DNA of 48,067 nucleotides from a virus (taxonomy: Duplodnaviria > Heunggongvirae > Uroviricota > Caudoviricetes): the IMG/VR virus record IMGVR_UViG_3300010163_000004, positions 136,935-185,001 of that record; one strand, 5' to 3'. The translations under genes were made by a program, and so were the position numbers. Within the stretch, counting starts at the first letter, position 1, and each line of letters begins with the position of its first letter. Below the pieces are notes generated by a model that saw nothing but the letters and a program-made list of their open reading frames with translations, made no database searches and was not told the DNA's origin. Positions 10,891 through 23,052 of this stretch are shown here, piece after piece.

Positions 10891-11573
10891 GTACAACACA
10901 AATAAAAAGATTATTTCAATCAAAAACTGAATTTGTCCCTATTACCTTAGCGGAGGCAGTAGTAGTAAATACCTCTAATATTCTAGGACTTTCATCATTA
11001 GGAATAACAACTCTTGACAAGGTATTAAGAACTACAATGGGAGTTGTAGGAACTAATGCTAAAGATATTTCCGTGTTGAAAAATACAGTTCAACAAATTA
11101 ATACGGCCTTAGAGGGTAAATAGGACAAGCTTACTGCTGGTGTAGGTATTACCATTTCTCCAGAAGGGGTTATTAGTACTACTAATAGCATAGAACTATA
11201 TAAGATAGTTACTTAGCTACCAACAGCGTCGAAAGACTGTTTAAATTCTATATATTTAGTTCCTGCACCATCCGGTACTGCAGGAAATATTTTTACCGAA
11301 TATATTTGTGTATACGAAAATACGTTGGCGAGATATATTTGGGAAAAAATTGGAGAAGTCCAGACAGATGTAGATTTATCTGGTTATGTAACTAATGAAA
11401 CCTTTAATTAGACTATTAATATTATTAATGGCTAGTTAGCAAACACTATCACTGCTCAAGATGTTACTACATCCGATGGTGCTTCTAAGGTAGTAGTTAA
11501 TTATACTATTCCATCAGATTTATATGACAGTATGGTCAATACAGATAGCACAGACCAAGTAATAGGAGGATAA
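10887..11573 (+). CDS. Putative tail-fibre-related protein, 228 aa
   Basis: Track ORF 10887-11123 extends through TAG (KQDKLTAGVGITI; SIYLVP..EYI...WEKIG..VDLSGY) to TAA. Confidence 0.75.
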
Positions 11574-11575
11574 TC

Positions 11576-11998
11576 ATGGAATTAACTATTAAGCAACTTA
11601 AGCAACATGGTTAGATATTTGTTCCTTAGACTACTGCTGAAGCTGTTTTAGTTAAAGATGGCGGAGAAGTAATTACTCTTGATAATATGCTAGAAAGGAA
11701 GATTGAGTAGATTGTTACACCTGCTGGATCTGGACTATAGGCATTTAAGCAAGAAAAGAATATAATTCTTACTCACTCCAACTCCATAACTGCAAATAAA
11801 TCTCCTTCTTCAGTAAAGGTAAAATACGATAATCGGGGACATATAGTAGAAGTCGCTCCTACTAGTAATGTGACGGTAATAGTGGACCAAGAAGGTTATC
11901 TTTAGTATAACGGGTCAGAAGACCGGAATCTGCTTCTAGGGAATGATTTTGGAATAGATGAAGATAATAAAATTATACTAAAATGGAATCATTTATAA
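11576..11998 (+). CDS. Hypothetical tail-associated protein, 140 aa
   Basis: MELTIKQLKQHGQIFVPQTTAEAV, similar to the start of 10887 (FVPITLAEAV). AGGAGG lies 6 nt upstream; ends TAA. Confidence 0.72.
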
Positions 11999-11999
11999 T

Positions 12000-13175
12000 A
12001 TGGCACTATTAAATTTTGCCAATACCTATGCTGAAATATCAGGCAATCTTACTTTGCCGGAATCTACTTCTGGGGATTACGTAAAGCTATTCTTTTCTAA
12101 AGACGGCCACATTATATCTCATGGAAAGGATTTTACTCCTACATTTACTTCTACAGTAAGAGGTTTAGTTCCTATTTCTAGTGGTAAAGCTACTGAAATA
12201 TTTAGGGGAAATGCTACCTGGGCTGAGATAACAACTACAGACTTACCAATAGCTGAAAATACCTCTGTAAATAATACAACAACTCTATTTACTACCTAGT
12301 AGGTTCATTAGATAATCAATGCTAGCTTTGCTGCTAACGATGCAATGAGGTACAAGGGTACTATTACTTATAGTAATGGAAGTTATACGACACATACTGT
12401 TGCTGGGGTAGAAGTTTAGGGATTCCCTACCAAATGCGAAGTCGGAGATACCTATAGAGTAACTTCTCAGGGAATTTACGCTGGATAGACGTGTTCAGCT
12501 GGGGACTTACTAATATGTATACAAGACGGAACAGGAAGTGGATTAAACACTGCAGCTTATTGGACGGCTGTAGAATCAAATATTAACGGATAGGTTAAAC
12601 ACACTGTCAACGGTACTTCTATATATGTTTATAGTAATAGTACTAATACATTTACTATTTATGCTCCAACAACTGGTGGTACTTAGGGTCAGATACTACT
12701 TAGTAACGGTAGTGCTGCTCCTACTTGGGCTGCACAATCTACTTTAGTAGTAGGAGAAGCCAAGAAAGTTAGTAATGCATTGTCACTTGGTGCAGGTTTA
12801 ACTTTTGAAACTGCTGGAGTTACTTACAATGGTAGTGTAGCTAGAACAATAGCTCTAGTGGCCGCAACTACTACTACTATGGGAGGGGTAATTGTAGATA
12901 AAGACTCTACGAATAAAACGATTTCTGTTACTAGCGCTGGAAGTATTTATTTAACTAAACAGAATGTTATTAATGCTTTAGGTTACTACCCAGCGTCAGA
13001 AGATTCATGGAGACCTATTACTATTGGAGGTGTATCAATAGGAGACAAGACATTAAACTTCGTACCGTCTGGGGATGTTTATTTAAAAGCAGACTCTAAC
13101 GGAGACGACATACAAGATATTAGTTTTGGAATAAGCTGGTATAATATTAGTACTAACAAATACGAAACAGCATAA
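12000..13175 (+). CDS. Putative tail-fibre protein, 391 aa
   Basis: Track ORFs 12000 and 12780 are in frame and join through TAGs (including TAG TAG at 12297). Thr/Gly/Ser-rich; ends TAA. Confidence 0.78.
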
Positions 13176-13178
13176 TCT

Positions 13179-16100
13179 ATGAAGATAGCATACAATCCTA
13201 CTACAGCAGCAGCTTTAATAACTGCTCCTAATAATAATGATATAACCTTTGATTTAAAAGGCTTAAATATCTTTACTAGAGGGATAAAGTTTAAAGGGAC
13301 AGATACTACTTACTCGGTATTTAAAAAACATACTTCTAGTGGAAGTGGAGGTTATAACGGATTGGTACCTGTCCCTTCATATACTGCAACAAATATTAGA
13401 TTCTTAAGGGAAGATGGCACCTGGTCCATACCTGCGATTTCGACTGTGGCATTCATTTATACCCAATTAACTGATCAAGATCTAGATGAGTACTTAGATG
13501 AGGGAAGGTGGTACTATGCTGCCGGAGATAACACCACAATAAACAAACCTAGTGGAGTAGATTCATACGAATTATATGTTGGTCGAAGTGCTAGTGGTTA
13601 TCGCTATTAGAAATTAATTACTTCTAATGGTCTGGTATGGTTTAGATACTATGATTCTTCTGCTTGGAAACCTTGGGTTAGATGGTATACAGACATGAAT
13701 ACTGATTAGAAAGTATTGTAGTCTGCTACCACTACTTCAAATTATAGACCTCTTGCTCTAGGTTATACTGATACAAGTACCACTGCTGATTTAGGTGCTA
13801 GTGTTACTTAGCAAGTTTATGTGACTACAACAATATATGCTCAGCCTAGTACGGGCAGCCTATGGGCTAATAAATTGTACTCAGGTGGAAAACCAGTTCT
13901 TACAGAACATCAATCATTAGCTAATTACGTTACATTAAATACTGCACAAACCATAACTGGTGCTAAGACTTTTTCTACTAGTGTTAGATTTGCTAATAAT
14001 GCTAGTATTATATAGAACTAGAATGATACTAATAACTATACCACTATATTGAAATGGTTTAAAAATGGCGTATCTAGAAATACTTATGACCCTTCTATAG
14101 GATAGCATAATACTGGGGGAGATGGAAATGGTTCTATTTGCATACTTCCGTATCCTACGGCAACTAGTCCTTGGGATGGAACGGTAGGTTTATTTATAAG
14201 TAAAGGAGTTTTAAGATTAGATGGTAAGCCAGTTGCATTAGCTGAGAATTACTATACTAAAACTGAATCCGATGAGAGATATGTGAATGTAACTGGAGAT
14301 ACTATGACTGGACCTCTTATAGTAAAATCTACTATAACAGGAACTCAATTAATATCTACTATTGCTACAGGCACCTCTCCATTAAAGGTAACTAGTACAA
14401 CTGTAGTTGCTAACCTTAATGCAGATCTATTAGATGGATTACATGAAACTTCATTCTTTAGAGCTAGAGGAGATTAGTCTATAGCAAGTTCTATACCTAC
14501 GGCTGAAGAATTGGCAACTGATAATAGTCTATGTGGCAGTTGGAGGGTAGCCTATACTGGAGGTTCAGGACATTTGGTGTAGTTTAACGCTGGGAGTGGA
14601 AGTACTAAATATATATAGCTTTATTCTAGATTTTCTTCTAACTTATATTGGAGAAATAGTACAGATTCTACTTTAAAGGCAAACCCATGGAAAACTATTG
14701 TAGATAGTGCTAACTATACTGGAATAGTATTAAAGATTGGAACATCTACTGTAGGAGGAACAAATAAACCTATTTATCTGAATGCAGGTACCCCTACAGC
14801 ATTATCAGCAACTTAGGGTAGTTCTTCTCTGCCAGTATATTTAGCTGCAGGAGCTATTGTACCTTGTACTGCATCCTCTGTATTTAGTAATTTAAGTAAT
14901 TCTGGTAATGATATTTCTATAACTGTAGCAGGTTAGAATAGAACATTAACCCCTGCATACGCGATCACCTCTTCAAAAGTATTTACAGGCTCAGTTTCTG
15001 GATCTACCCACGCTTAGGCCCTAAAAACATATTTTGATAATAATAAATTATCTATCCCGAGAGATGCATTATTAAGTTTATACTCAAGTGCTTATTCTAA
15101 CGGATCTTAGTGTTTTGGATATTTCTTAAATGGGTATCATGACCGCCCTTATGGAGGGTTTTTTGTTGCTCATTATGAAACTCCTCGCTATGTAGGAATT
15201 TCTGGTGGTTCATATTAGGAGTCTATATTATTATCCACCTCTAATTATACTGCCTATATTAATCCTGCCAATTTCGTTACTGCTTTAGGTACAAGTGGAA
15301 ATTACGTAACCTGGACTAAGAATGGGGTAGTTAACAACCTAACAGTTCCATACGCTACTGCGTCTTTAAGAATTAACTCATCCTCTTCAGTTTAGAATAC
15401 TGGGTTAACTTATTGCTCCTCTGAACATGGCTTTATAGTAGGAGGAACTTCTGCTGGAGGATAGTGGGGGATGCCATCTGATAGTTAGGATGCACCCTAT
15501 AAAAATGGTCAGTGCTTAAGGATGTATTGGAATTCTACATTCTATACAGATATTCTATCTGGGCCTAATAATATGGGAGCTACTCATGGCTTATATATGA
15601 GATAGATTGTCAATGGGGCGGTAGCTACAGGAACATTTGCAGGAGGTTGGAGATTAATTCTAGATAGTTATAATTATCATAGGTATGGAGACACTAGATA
15701 TGTTACATCTCTGGGGACAAATGGTACATATGTGACTTGGGTTAAAAACGGAACAACTAATAATTTAACTGTCCCATACTCATCTTATTCTGGATATGTA
15801 CAATCTCATGATACTAGAGATGTTAATAATACTCCAGCATAGTTTTCTAGTGGAGCTAGATTTGAATTTAAGTCTAATAGTACGGACGGATTAAGCAACG
15901 GAGGAAAATATCATGGAATCCTACACTTTAAACCCTATGGAGGAATTACGGATTTCTCAGGAGGTTAGACACATCAGCTAGGATTTACAGATGGCGGAAA
16001 CTTATATATGAGAACATCTACAAGCTCTTCTGCTTGGGGAAGCTGGAAGTTGATACTAAATTAGAGTGTTGCGGACGGAAGGTACGTAACTTTAGCTACT

Positions 16101-18749
16101 ACACAAACCATAACTGGAGCAAAAACATTTACTTAGTAGATAGTTGCACCTAGATATATAGCCAATGTTAACACAGGTCCTCATTATACTGCTACATCGT
16201 CTAATGGTAGTTGGTGCTATAGTAGGTATAATAATGGAAATATATTATGGGATATTGCTACTATTAACAATGCATCCGCTTCATCTACTCCCAATACTTT
16301 AGAATTTAGATATAATGGTTCAGATACAGTAAAGGCTGGAGTAACTACATAGGGGGTACTATTTAGTAATTCTTATGGCAAATCTTCTACTTTTGGATCT
16401 TTGAATGCAAGTTATTGCCATTTTCAAACTTCTGCTCCTTCATTCTATTTTAATAGATAGGTAGATGTTAATGGGGTCTTGCAGCCTTATACTAATAAGA
16501 CCTCTGATTTAGGACAGGATGCACGTAGATGGAAATACACCTATTCTAATTATTTTAATAGCGATTCTGCGAACAATGAGAATCCTCCTATTTCGTAGTT
16601 TATAGTTACTAATAGTAGTGATAATTTTTATAGAAAGGCTAGCTTATAGCATGTAAGTGATAGTTTGCTTATTACAAAACTAAGATTAGTTAACTGTTAT
16701 AATGGAACTACGAATAATGATTTATGGAGTACTATTAAAGTTACCAATTCTTCATATATAGGAACTGCAACAATTTATGATGTTTATAATGACGGTGGTC
16801 CTACTACTTATGGAGATGTACTAGATATAGTTTCAATCCATACAAATCATTGGCAACCTTAGTTGTGGTTCGATTCCGGAAAAACTGGAAGTATAAGACA
16901 TAGAAATAAAGACTATAATAATAATACTTGGGGAAGTTGGTATATCTTATTAGATAATAACAATTATGCCGGAACATTAGACTCTAGATATGTAACTTTG
17001 ACTACTAATCAAACTGTTAGTGGAATTAAAACCTTTAGCACTTAGCAGAAATTTACTGTAGCAACTGGAACATCACCGTTTACTGTTACATCAACTACTG
17101 TTGTAACTAATTTAAACTCTGATTTGCTAGATGGAAGGCATCTAGGCAATGCTACTGGAAGAATACCATATATAGTTAGTTTTCCAGCATATTCTAGTTT
17201 TGGTAGCAGTACGTCTACTCTTGATTATGAGAAAAATATACTTAAGTGGATATGGACTAATCAGAATCATGGTGGAGATACTCTATTGATAGGAGTTGGT
17301 AGGCCGAATTCTATAGGAAATCTTTAGATTTAGTTATATGGAACCAGCGGTGTAAATAGTAGTACTGGATATCCAAAATATTCATCAGCAATATATTATC
17401 CACTAGGTGGCAGACCAATATGTTTCGGAACTACTAACTATAACTTTTATAGTCATAGTTTAGCGTTTTCTGATGACATAAAAGATCCCGCGAATTATTA
17501 TTGGGCTAATATAGCGGTATCAACATCTTCTAGTACAGGAACCTCACCTACGTTTAGTGCTGCCTATGCTTCAAACTGGTTCAGAAGTACTGGAAGCACT
17601 GGATGGTGTAGCCAGACATACGGAGGTGGTATTTATATGACTGATTCGACTTATGTTAGAGTATATAATAGCAAAATATTCTACGCTTCTGCAGGATATT
17701 TGGCCCCTTATTCCGGCTCTAGCTGGATTTCTATGGCTACAAGATCTAATTGTATAGTCGCAGATTAGAATAATTCTACCTCTTCTGCACATTGTTTATT
17801 TAGAGCTAAGTACAATAATGGAAATGCTCTTTGTTTTGGTGGATTAGGAAATGATTTAGGATTTTATGGATTTTCTGCAACCAATATTAGTAATGGAACT
17901 AATTCATATGCTTGGATTGCTAAATGGAATAGTGGAGGATCATTCTTTAATACAGGTAGTATAACTGCTGCAGGAGGATTTTATCATAATTCAGTTAATA
18001 GTAATTCCTATGTATTACTTGCTGGAGGTTCATATAAAGCCATATCAGACTTTACTATAAATAATGCAGGTTCAGCTACTAAAGGCGTGTACACTTCTGG
18101 AGGAAAAGCAGTAGCTATGACTTACTCATTAAATGCTAATTTAAATGCGGGTACGGCCAGCAAGTTGGCATACTATAGTGGCGCTAACACAGTTGCAGCT
18201 TACAGTTCTACCGTTGGGGCTAGCAATAGAGGAATATATATAAGTGCAGGAGTTCCTACGGCTATGAGTTATTACTTAAATGCTACCGTGAATTCTGGTA
18301 CTAGTGGTAAGTTAGCTTATTATAGTGATGCTAACTATATTAATAATTATACTAGTACTATTGGTTCGTCTACTACTCCTATGTATCTTTCCAGCGGAGT
18401 TCCAACCACTTGCAGTGGGGTGCTAGTAAGATACTATGCTAGTTATAATATATGGTGTACAAGTTCTTCAGCTTCGTTTTCCAAAAACTCTGGAAATTTC
18501 TCTCCTATTTCTAGTGTGTCTAGATTAGGTACTGGTAGAATAAAGATAAACTTTGCATCTGGATACTCATGGTATTAGTGGTTTGTAATGGCTGTGGGAA
18601 AGATGCGAGATGGTAATAACAGTATAGATGATTATCTTCCCTGCTATGTATCTCTTTAGTCGCAATACTCAACTTATTTGATAGCAAGTATTCAAGATGA
18701 CTCATCTAGAAATGACGGACATTTTTATTTCTATATTTTAGTATTTTAA
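13179..18749 (+). CDS. Long modular tail-fibre / receptor-binding protein, 1856 aa
   Basis: Seven track ORFs share one frame; read manually across 14460-16140 with no TAA/TGA. Recurrent shaft motifs: YVTL.T.QT..G.KTF, ATGTSP..VTSTTVV.NLN.DLLDG, LGT.G.YVTW.KNG..NNLTVPY, W..I.D..NY. Confidence 0.85.
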
Positions 18750-18813
18750 CATAATATATTTTGGAAGTTAAAAAATAATATTTATATTGGTTAGAACCAA
18801 AAATTAATGATTT

Positions 18814-19269
18814 ATGACTTTAAATGACGTATTGACAAAACAAAATGCAATCACCAAAATTATTCTTAAAGATGGTGATAAGGAACTCTCGAAGGAGTTA
18901 AAAGTGAAGATTATGCGTATCAGAATGGCTTATAATAAAATCAAAAAGCAGTTTGATGATGATACGAAAGAATTTACAGACCAGATTATATCTGACGAAC
19001 TTAGAGAGTTGGCCAATAAGCCTGATAGAACTTCTGAAGAGGAAACAAGATTCAATGAGCTTAATGATAAAACTAATTCTGAGTACCAGGAATATCTTGT
19101 TCAAAAAGGTTTAGAAGAAGTTAAAGATACTCCAGAGGATATAATTACTATGGAAGAATATTCAGATATCCTAGATGTTAATTCCGGGAATGATATAGAA
19201 ATTAACGGAAATGCAATCAAAGCAGCAGATTTTATGGAGATTATATTTGACTTATTTGTTAAGGAATAA
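18814..19269 (+). CDS. Hypothetical acidic coiled-coil protein, 151 aa (possible fibre chaperone)
   Basis: Track ORF with ATG and TAA; contains no TAG. Confidence 0.8.
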   Translation: MTLNDVLTKQNAITKIILKDGDKELSKELKVKIMRIRMAYNKIKKQFDDDTKEFTDQIISDELRELANKPDRTSEEETRFNELNDKTNSEYQEYLVQKGLEEVKDTPEDIITMEEYSDILDVNSGNDIEINGNAIKAADFMEIIFDLFVKE

Positions 19270-19271
19270 TT

Positions 19272-19565
19272 ATGGAAATAGTAAAACAAAACGAAACTTT
19301 CCAAATTTCAGAAAAAGCTGAAAATGGTTGGGAAATGGTAGGAACAGCTAATAAAGATGTTAACGGTTCTCTTAGCATAAACTTTAACGTAACTAAGCCA
19401 GGAGGATTATCAGAACAAATAGGGGATTGTAATTATTACAAGCCTCAAGATTCTGATAGAGTGTCAGTAAGCTACAATGTTGAGGAATCAGGAAGAGATG
19501 CGTTTGCAGCATATCTGGATAAAGTAGTTGATACTGTACTAGCTCACTTTAATTCTCCTGAATAA
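19272..19565 (+). CDS. Hypothetical protein, 97 aa
   Basis: Track ORF starting 2 nt after the upstream stop; contains no TAG. Confidence 0.78.
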   Translation: MEIVKQNETFQISEKAENGWEMVGTANKDVNGSLSINFNVTKPGGLSEQIGDCNYYKPQDSDRVSVSYNVEESGRDAFAAYLDKVVDTVLAHFNSPE

Positions 19566-19566
19566 T

Positions 19567-19643
19567 ATGAGAAGAAAGAAACCTAATGTACCAAGAGCAG
19601 AGTTAAACGTGGAGGAAAAATTAAGAAATCTTGTAAAAGATAA
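19567..19643 (+). pseudogene. Basic micro-ORF with apparent 1-nt deletion (restored: MRRKKPNVPRAGVKRGGKIKKSCKR)
   Basis: GCAGAGTTAAA here versus GCAGGAGTAAAA in the adjacent paralog; the -1 frame reads VKRGGKIKKSCKR-TAA. Confidence 0.5.
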
Positions 19644-19648
19644 TAGAT

Positions 19649-19732
19649 ATGGGAAGAGTTAAAATGAATAGCCCTCGTGCAGGAGTAAAAAATGGAGGAA
19701 AAGTCAAACGCCCAAAATCAAAGTCTAAATAA
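19649..19732 (+). CDS. Basic micro-protein, 27 aa (MGRVKMNSPRAGVKNGGKVKRPKSKSK)
   Basis: ATG to TAA; shares the PRAGVKxGGKxK motif with the upstream micro-ORF. Its NGGK codons contain the ATG of the next gene. Confidence 0.55.
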   Translation: MGRVKMNSPRAGVKNGGKVKRPKSKSK

Positions 19733-20087
19733 AAGACTTTATAAGCTATTAATAGTAATATTAAAGTATACGCCTATAGCATTATCACTGGATAATATTC
19801 TATATTCATTGTTATCATATTATGAATATAAGTGCTATTTCCTAAGTTATCTAGGAGGAGTATCTATATTATTTTTAATAATTTTATACATTATCTCTTA
19901 TGTATTTAGATTCTGTTATTTATATCGTATACCATTATATTACATTACTATAACAAGTGCTATAGCCTTGTATGATGAATACATCGGAATTGATTTAACA
20001 GATTTGCAAATGATAAGAGTTTATGTATCAGCGTTCGGCTTAGGAATCATAGCCCTCATCTATTGCAAAATTAAAAATAAATGTTGA
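19692..20087 (+). CDS. Multi-pass membrane protein, 131 aa (holin-like candidate)
   Basis: Track ORF with several hydrophobic segments (LLIVILKYTPIALSL; FLSYLGGVSILFLIILYIISYVF; VYVSAFGLGIIALIY). Confidence 0.7.
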   Translation: MEEKSNAQNQSLNKRLYKLLIVILKYTPIALSLDNILYSLLSYYEYKCYFLSYLGGVSILFLIILYIISYVFRFCYLYRIPLYYITITSAIALYDEYIGIDLTDLQMIRVYVSAFGLGIIALIYCKIKNKC

Positions 20088-20378
20088 AATCATTGATAAG
20101 AACTTTGTTATAGAAATTCATAGATGACATTGACTCTGATAATTGTAATATTACAATGGAACAGCAGAGTAAGATTATTTCTGTATTGTCGAATATCGCT
20201 AATCCCAGATTAGAGAATGAGTAAAATTTAGGCTTGTGATTATCTTGGTGTTAGTAGAGCTACGTTTGACAATTATGTTAGAGATGGATTCATTCCGAAA
20301 GGAATCAAATAGGAAGGTTTTAAAGAGCTAAGCTGGCAAAAGTCTGATTTAGATATATTTTTGTCCAGTAAGAATTAA
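20081..20378 (+). pseudogene. Helix-turn-helix (excisionase/HTH_17-like) protein split by an apparent +1 frameshift at 20204-20206
   Basis: Frame A, MLKSLIRTLLQKFIDDIDSDNCN...ANP, stops at 20224. Frame B continues DQRMSKIQACDYLGVSRATFDNYVRDGFIPKG..GFKELSW to TAA 20378. Removing one C from AATCCCAGAT fuses the two. Confidence 0.65.
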
Positions 20379-20394
20379 CTCAGCAACGAGTTAG

Positions 20395-20459
20395 AAATCG
20401 GGAGTCTTGAATAGTTTATATTATGATAGCATAATGTAACTGTTTAAGATTCCCGATTT
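20395..20459 (+). terminator. Long imperfect hairpin (about 30-bp stem) followed by a T-rich tract
   Basis: The arms AAATCGGGAGTCTTGAATAGTTTATATTATG and CATAATGTAACTGTTTAAGATTCCCGATTT pair with four G-U wobbles and one bulge; loop ATAG. Confidence 0.65.
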
Positions 20460-20556
20460 TGTTTTTAGTATTGTCCAATATCACTCTTAGAAATGTATAT
20501 TATAGCATAGTTCTAGAACAAAATAAACATAATTATTAACATTTAAATTGTAAACT

Positions 20557-21588
20557 ATGAGTGATACAAGAACTTATATCGTACCTGATGGTTAGGAAAA
20601 TAGTACTAACCAGATGCTGCCTTGGATGGCTATGATGAACGGTGGTATGGGAGGATTCGGCGGAAACGGAATGTGGAACAACCCGTTTATGTACTTAGTT
20701 TGGATGTGGATGATGCGTTGGATGAACAGAGGTGAGTTTGGTGAAGGCAACAACTGTCAGAACCTACAATCCGCTGAAATTCAAGGACAGTTAGCTGGTC
20801 TACGTGAGTAGATGAACACTAACTAGAATACTCAGTTGTTAATGGACGCAATCAAAGGTAATTCCGCTGCTCTTGGTCAACTTGCTACTAACTTAAATTG
20901 CGACTTTGGAGTATTGAAAGACTGCTGCTGCAATATCCAAAATGCAATTGCTACTGTAGGTGGACAAGTAGGATACACTTCTGAAAGAGTTATCAATGCC
21001 GTAGAAAGAGGTAATTGCGATGTTATCCAAGCAATCAACAACTGCTGCTGCAACACACAAAAAGCTATTATAGAACAGGGCTACCAAAATCAACTAGCAA
21101 ATGAAAGACAGACTTATCAGATTACTAATAGTGTAGATTCAGTAGGACGTGCAGTAGAAAGAGGATTCTGCGATACTGCTTATGCAACTCAAACTCAGAC
21201 TTGCTCTCTTCAAAATACTATTAGAGACACAGGTACTGCGAACACTAATCAAATTATAGCTAAGCTTGATGCTATGTAGAATCAGGCTCTATTAGATAAG
21301 ATTGATGCTTTACGTGAAAAGAATAGTCAATAGGCTGTTGTTATCAATAATGCTCAATAGACTGCTGCATTTGGACAAATGATAGGTCAAGCTACCTCTC
21401 CTATTGTTGCTGCTGTTAATGCTCTACAAAGTGATGTTAACGGAATTAAATGTAAACTTCCTGAAACTGTAACATTACCATATAGCTGTGCTACTGCTGT
21501 ACCTACTTAGGCTGTATTCAACGGATACACTTTAGGAACTTACGCAGGATGGAATGGCTGTGGATGTAATAACTCTCTTTGGGGTTAA
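20557..21588 (+). CDS. Cys/Asn/Gln-rich coiled-coil protein with Met/Gly-rich hydrophobic N-terminus, 343 aa
   Basis: Starts MSDTRTYIVPDG-Q. Track ORFs 20614 and 20836 are in frame. Contains DCCCNIQ and NCCCNTQ; ends TAA. Confidence 0.8.
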
Positions 21589-21602
21589 GAAAGGAGGTAA
21601 CT

Positions 21603-21947
21603 ATGTTATTACCTACTTATATTAATGTCAATAGAGGAGGAATACCAGCTATTAGTAGTTTATCTGTAAATGTTACAACTACAGAAGTGTAGTTTGATTT
21701 TAACAATCATCGTAATATTGGTGCACCATTTAGAGGATTACTAATCGTAAGACTTAATTAGGCTATACCTACAGGTACTACAACTACTCTACCGATTGTC
21801 TTCACTTCTGGTGGAGGCAATCCTTAGAGATTAACTGGATTTAACGGAGCAGATATAACAGTTGCTCAAATATCTGGAACAGGAATTTACCTATGCTGGT
21901 TTGAGCATACTACTAATACATTACAATTATTAACAGGAATTGCATAA
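21603..21947 (+). CDS. Hypothetical beta-rich protein, 114 aa
   Basis: Preceded by AAGGAGGT. MLLPTYINVNRGGIPAISS...; 3 TAG; its TAA overlaps the next ATG. Confidence 0.72.
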
Positions 21948-22453
21948 TGGCATTTTAGAATTTAAGGAATAGTAATTAGCTATTTATCTTGCATAAAGAT
22001 TCTGTCCCTACTTTGGAAATTGGTAAGGTTACTAACGTATCCATACCAGTTCCTAAGTATGGAAACCCAGGAATGTATAATCAGGAAATGATAGTAGATA
22101 TTACGGCTGATATAAACGGCACATCTGCTAATTTCTAGAAATTACCTGCAATGGGAGACATTGCAGATTTCGGAAATAATATTGTGGTTTCCTGCAACAA
22201 AGAAGCAATGAATAGTGAAGTTTCTTCGATGAAGCAAAGAAGCCTGGATATAATTAATAGTATTGAAACACATTAGAGTATTATTAAAGGATGTGACGAA
22301 ATTCTATAGCAATTAAATCCAGAAATAATTGAGAAACAGAGACAAGAGCGAGAGAATAAGGCTTTGAGGGAAGAAATTAACTCTCTTAAAGAAATGTTCA
22401 AAGAATTTATTAACACATCTTTAAAATAGGAAAAATATGGCAACAATAATTGA
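21947..22453 (+). CDS. Hypothetical protein with C-terminal coiled coil, 168 aa
   Basis: MAFQNLRNSNQLFILHKD...; 6 TAG; ends TGA within the next gene's 5' end. Confidence 0.72.
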
Positions 22454-22649
22454 AATTCAGGAGTCAAAATTTGAACATCTTTCTGATTGTGCTGAACAAA
22501 TTGTTAAACACGGAAAGAAATTGATGCATTGTTTATCAGAACTAGAAAGTAAATCTGGTGAGCATTACATGGAAAGATACGGAAAACGTAAACGTGGTGG
22601 AATGAGAGATTCTGATTACGACGACGAGGACTACCCAAGATACTATTGA
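22437..22649 (+). CDS. Small hypothetical protein, 70 aa
   Basis: Track ORF, no TAG; charged tail ending DYDDEDYPRYY. Confidence 0.72.
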   Translation: MATIIEIQESKFEHLSDCAEQIVKHGKKLMHCLSELESKSGEHYMERYGKRKRGGMRDSDYDDEDYPRYY

Positions 22650-22650
22650 T

Positions 22651-23052
22651 ATGAGAGCAGCTTTGGATATGTATGACGATATGCCAAAGTATATGCGTAA
22701 GTACTTACAAAACTATGGTTGGCATTTCAATAAGGCTTTGTGTTCATACGCTATTTCTTTTATGAAAAAGGGAGGGAAATCCCTAGAGCCAGTATCCAAA
22801 GAATACATTGATAAGGTATTAACTCAGAACAACATTAAATTAGAAAATAATGTTGGATATGATTATGTATTTGTTGGCAATATGTGTAAGGCTGACTACT
22901 ATGGAAGTAGTATAACAGATGAAAGACATTTTGCTCTATACATTAAGGATACCATAGACGATGAAGATGCTGGAGATGGTACTACTATGAGGAGATGGTA
23001 TGCTACTATGGTAGCTAACGGAACTATGGTAGACTGGGAGGATGTGATATGA
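22651..23052 (+). CDS. Hypothetical helical protein, 133 aa
   Basis: Track ORF, no TAG; tightly coupled to both neighbours. Confidence 0.78.
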   Translation: MRAALDMYDDMPKYMRKYLQNYGWHFNKALCSYAISFMKKGGKSLEPVSKEYIDKVLTQNNIKLENNVGYDYVFVGNMCKADYYGSSITDERHFALYIKDTIDDEDAGDGTTMRRWYATMVANGTMVDWEDVI

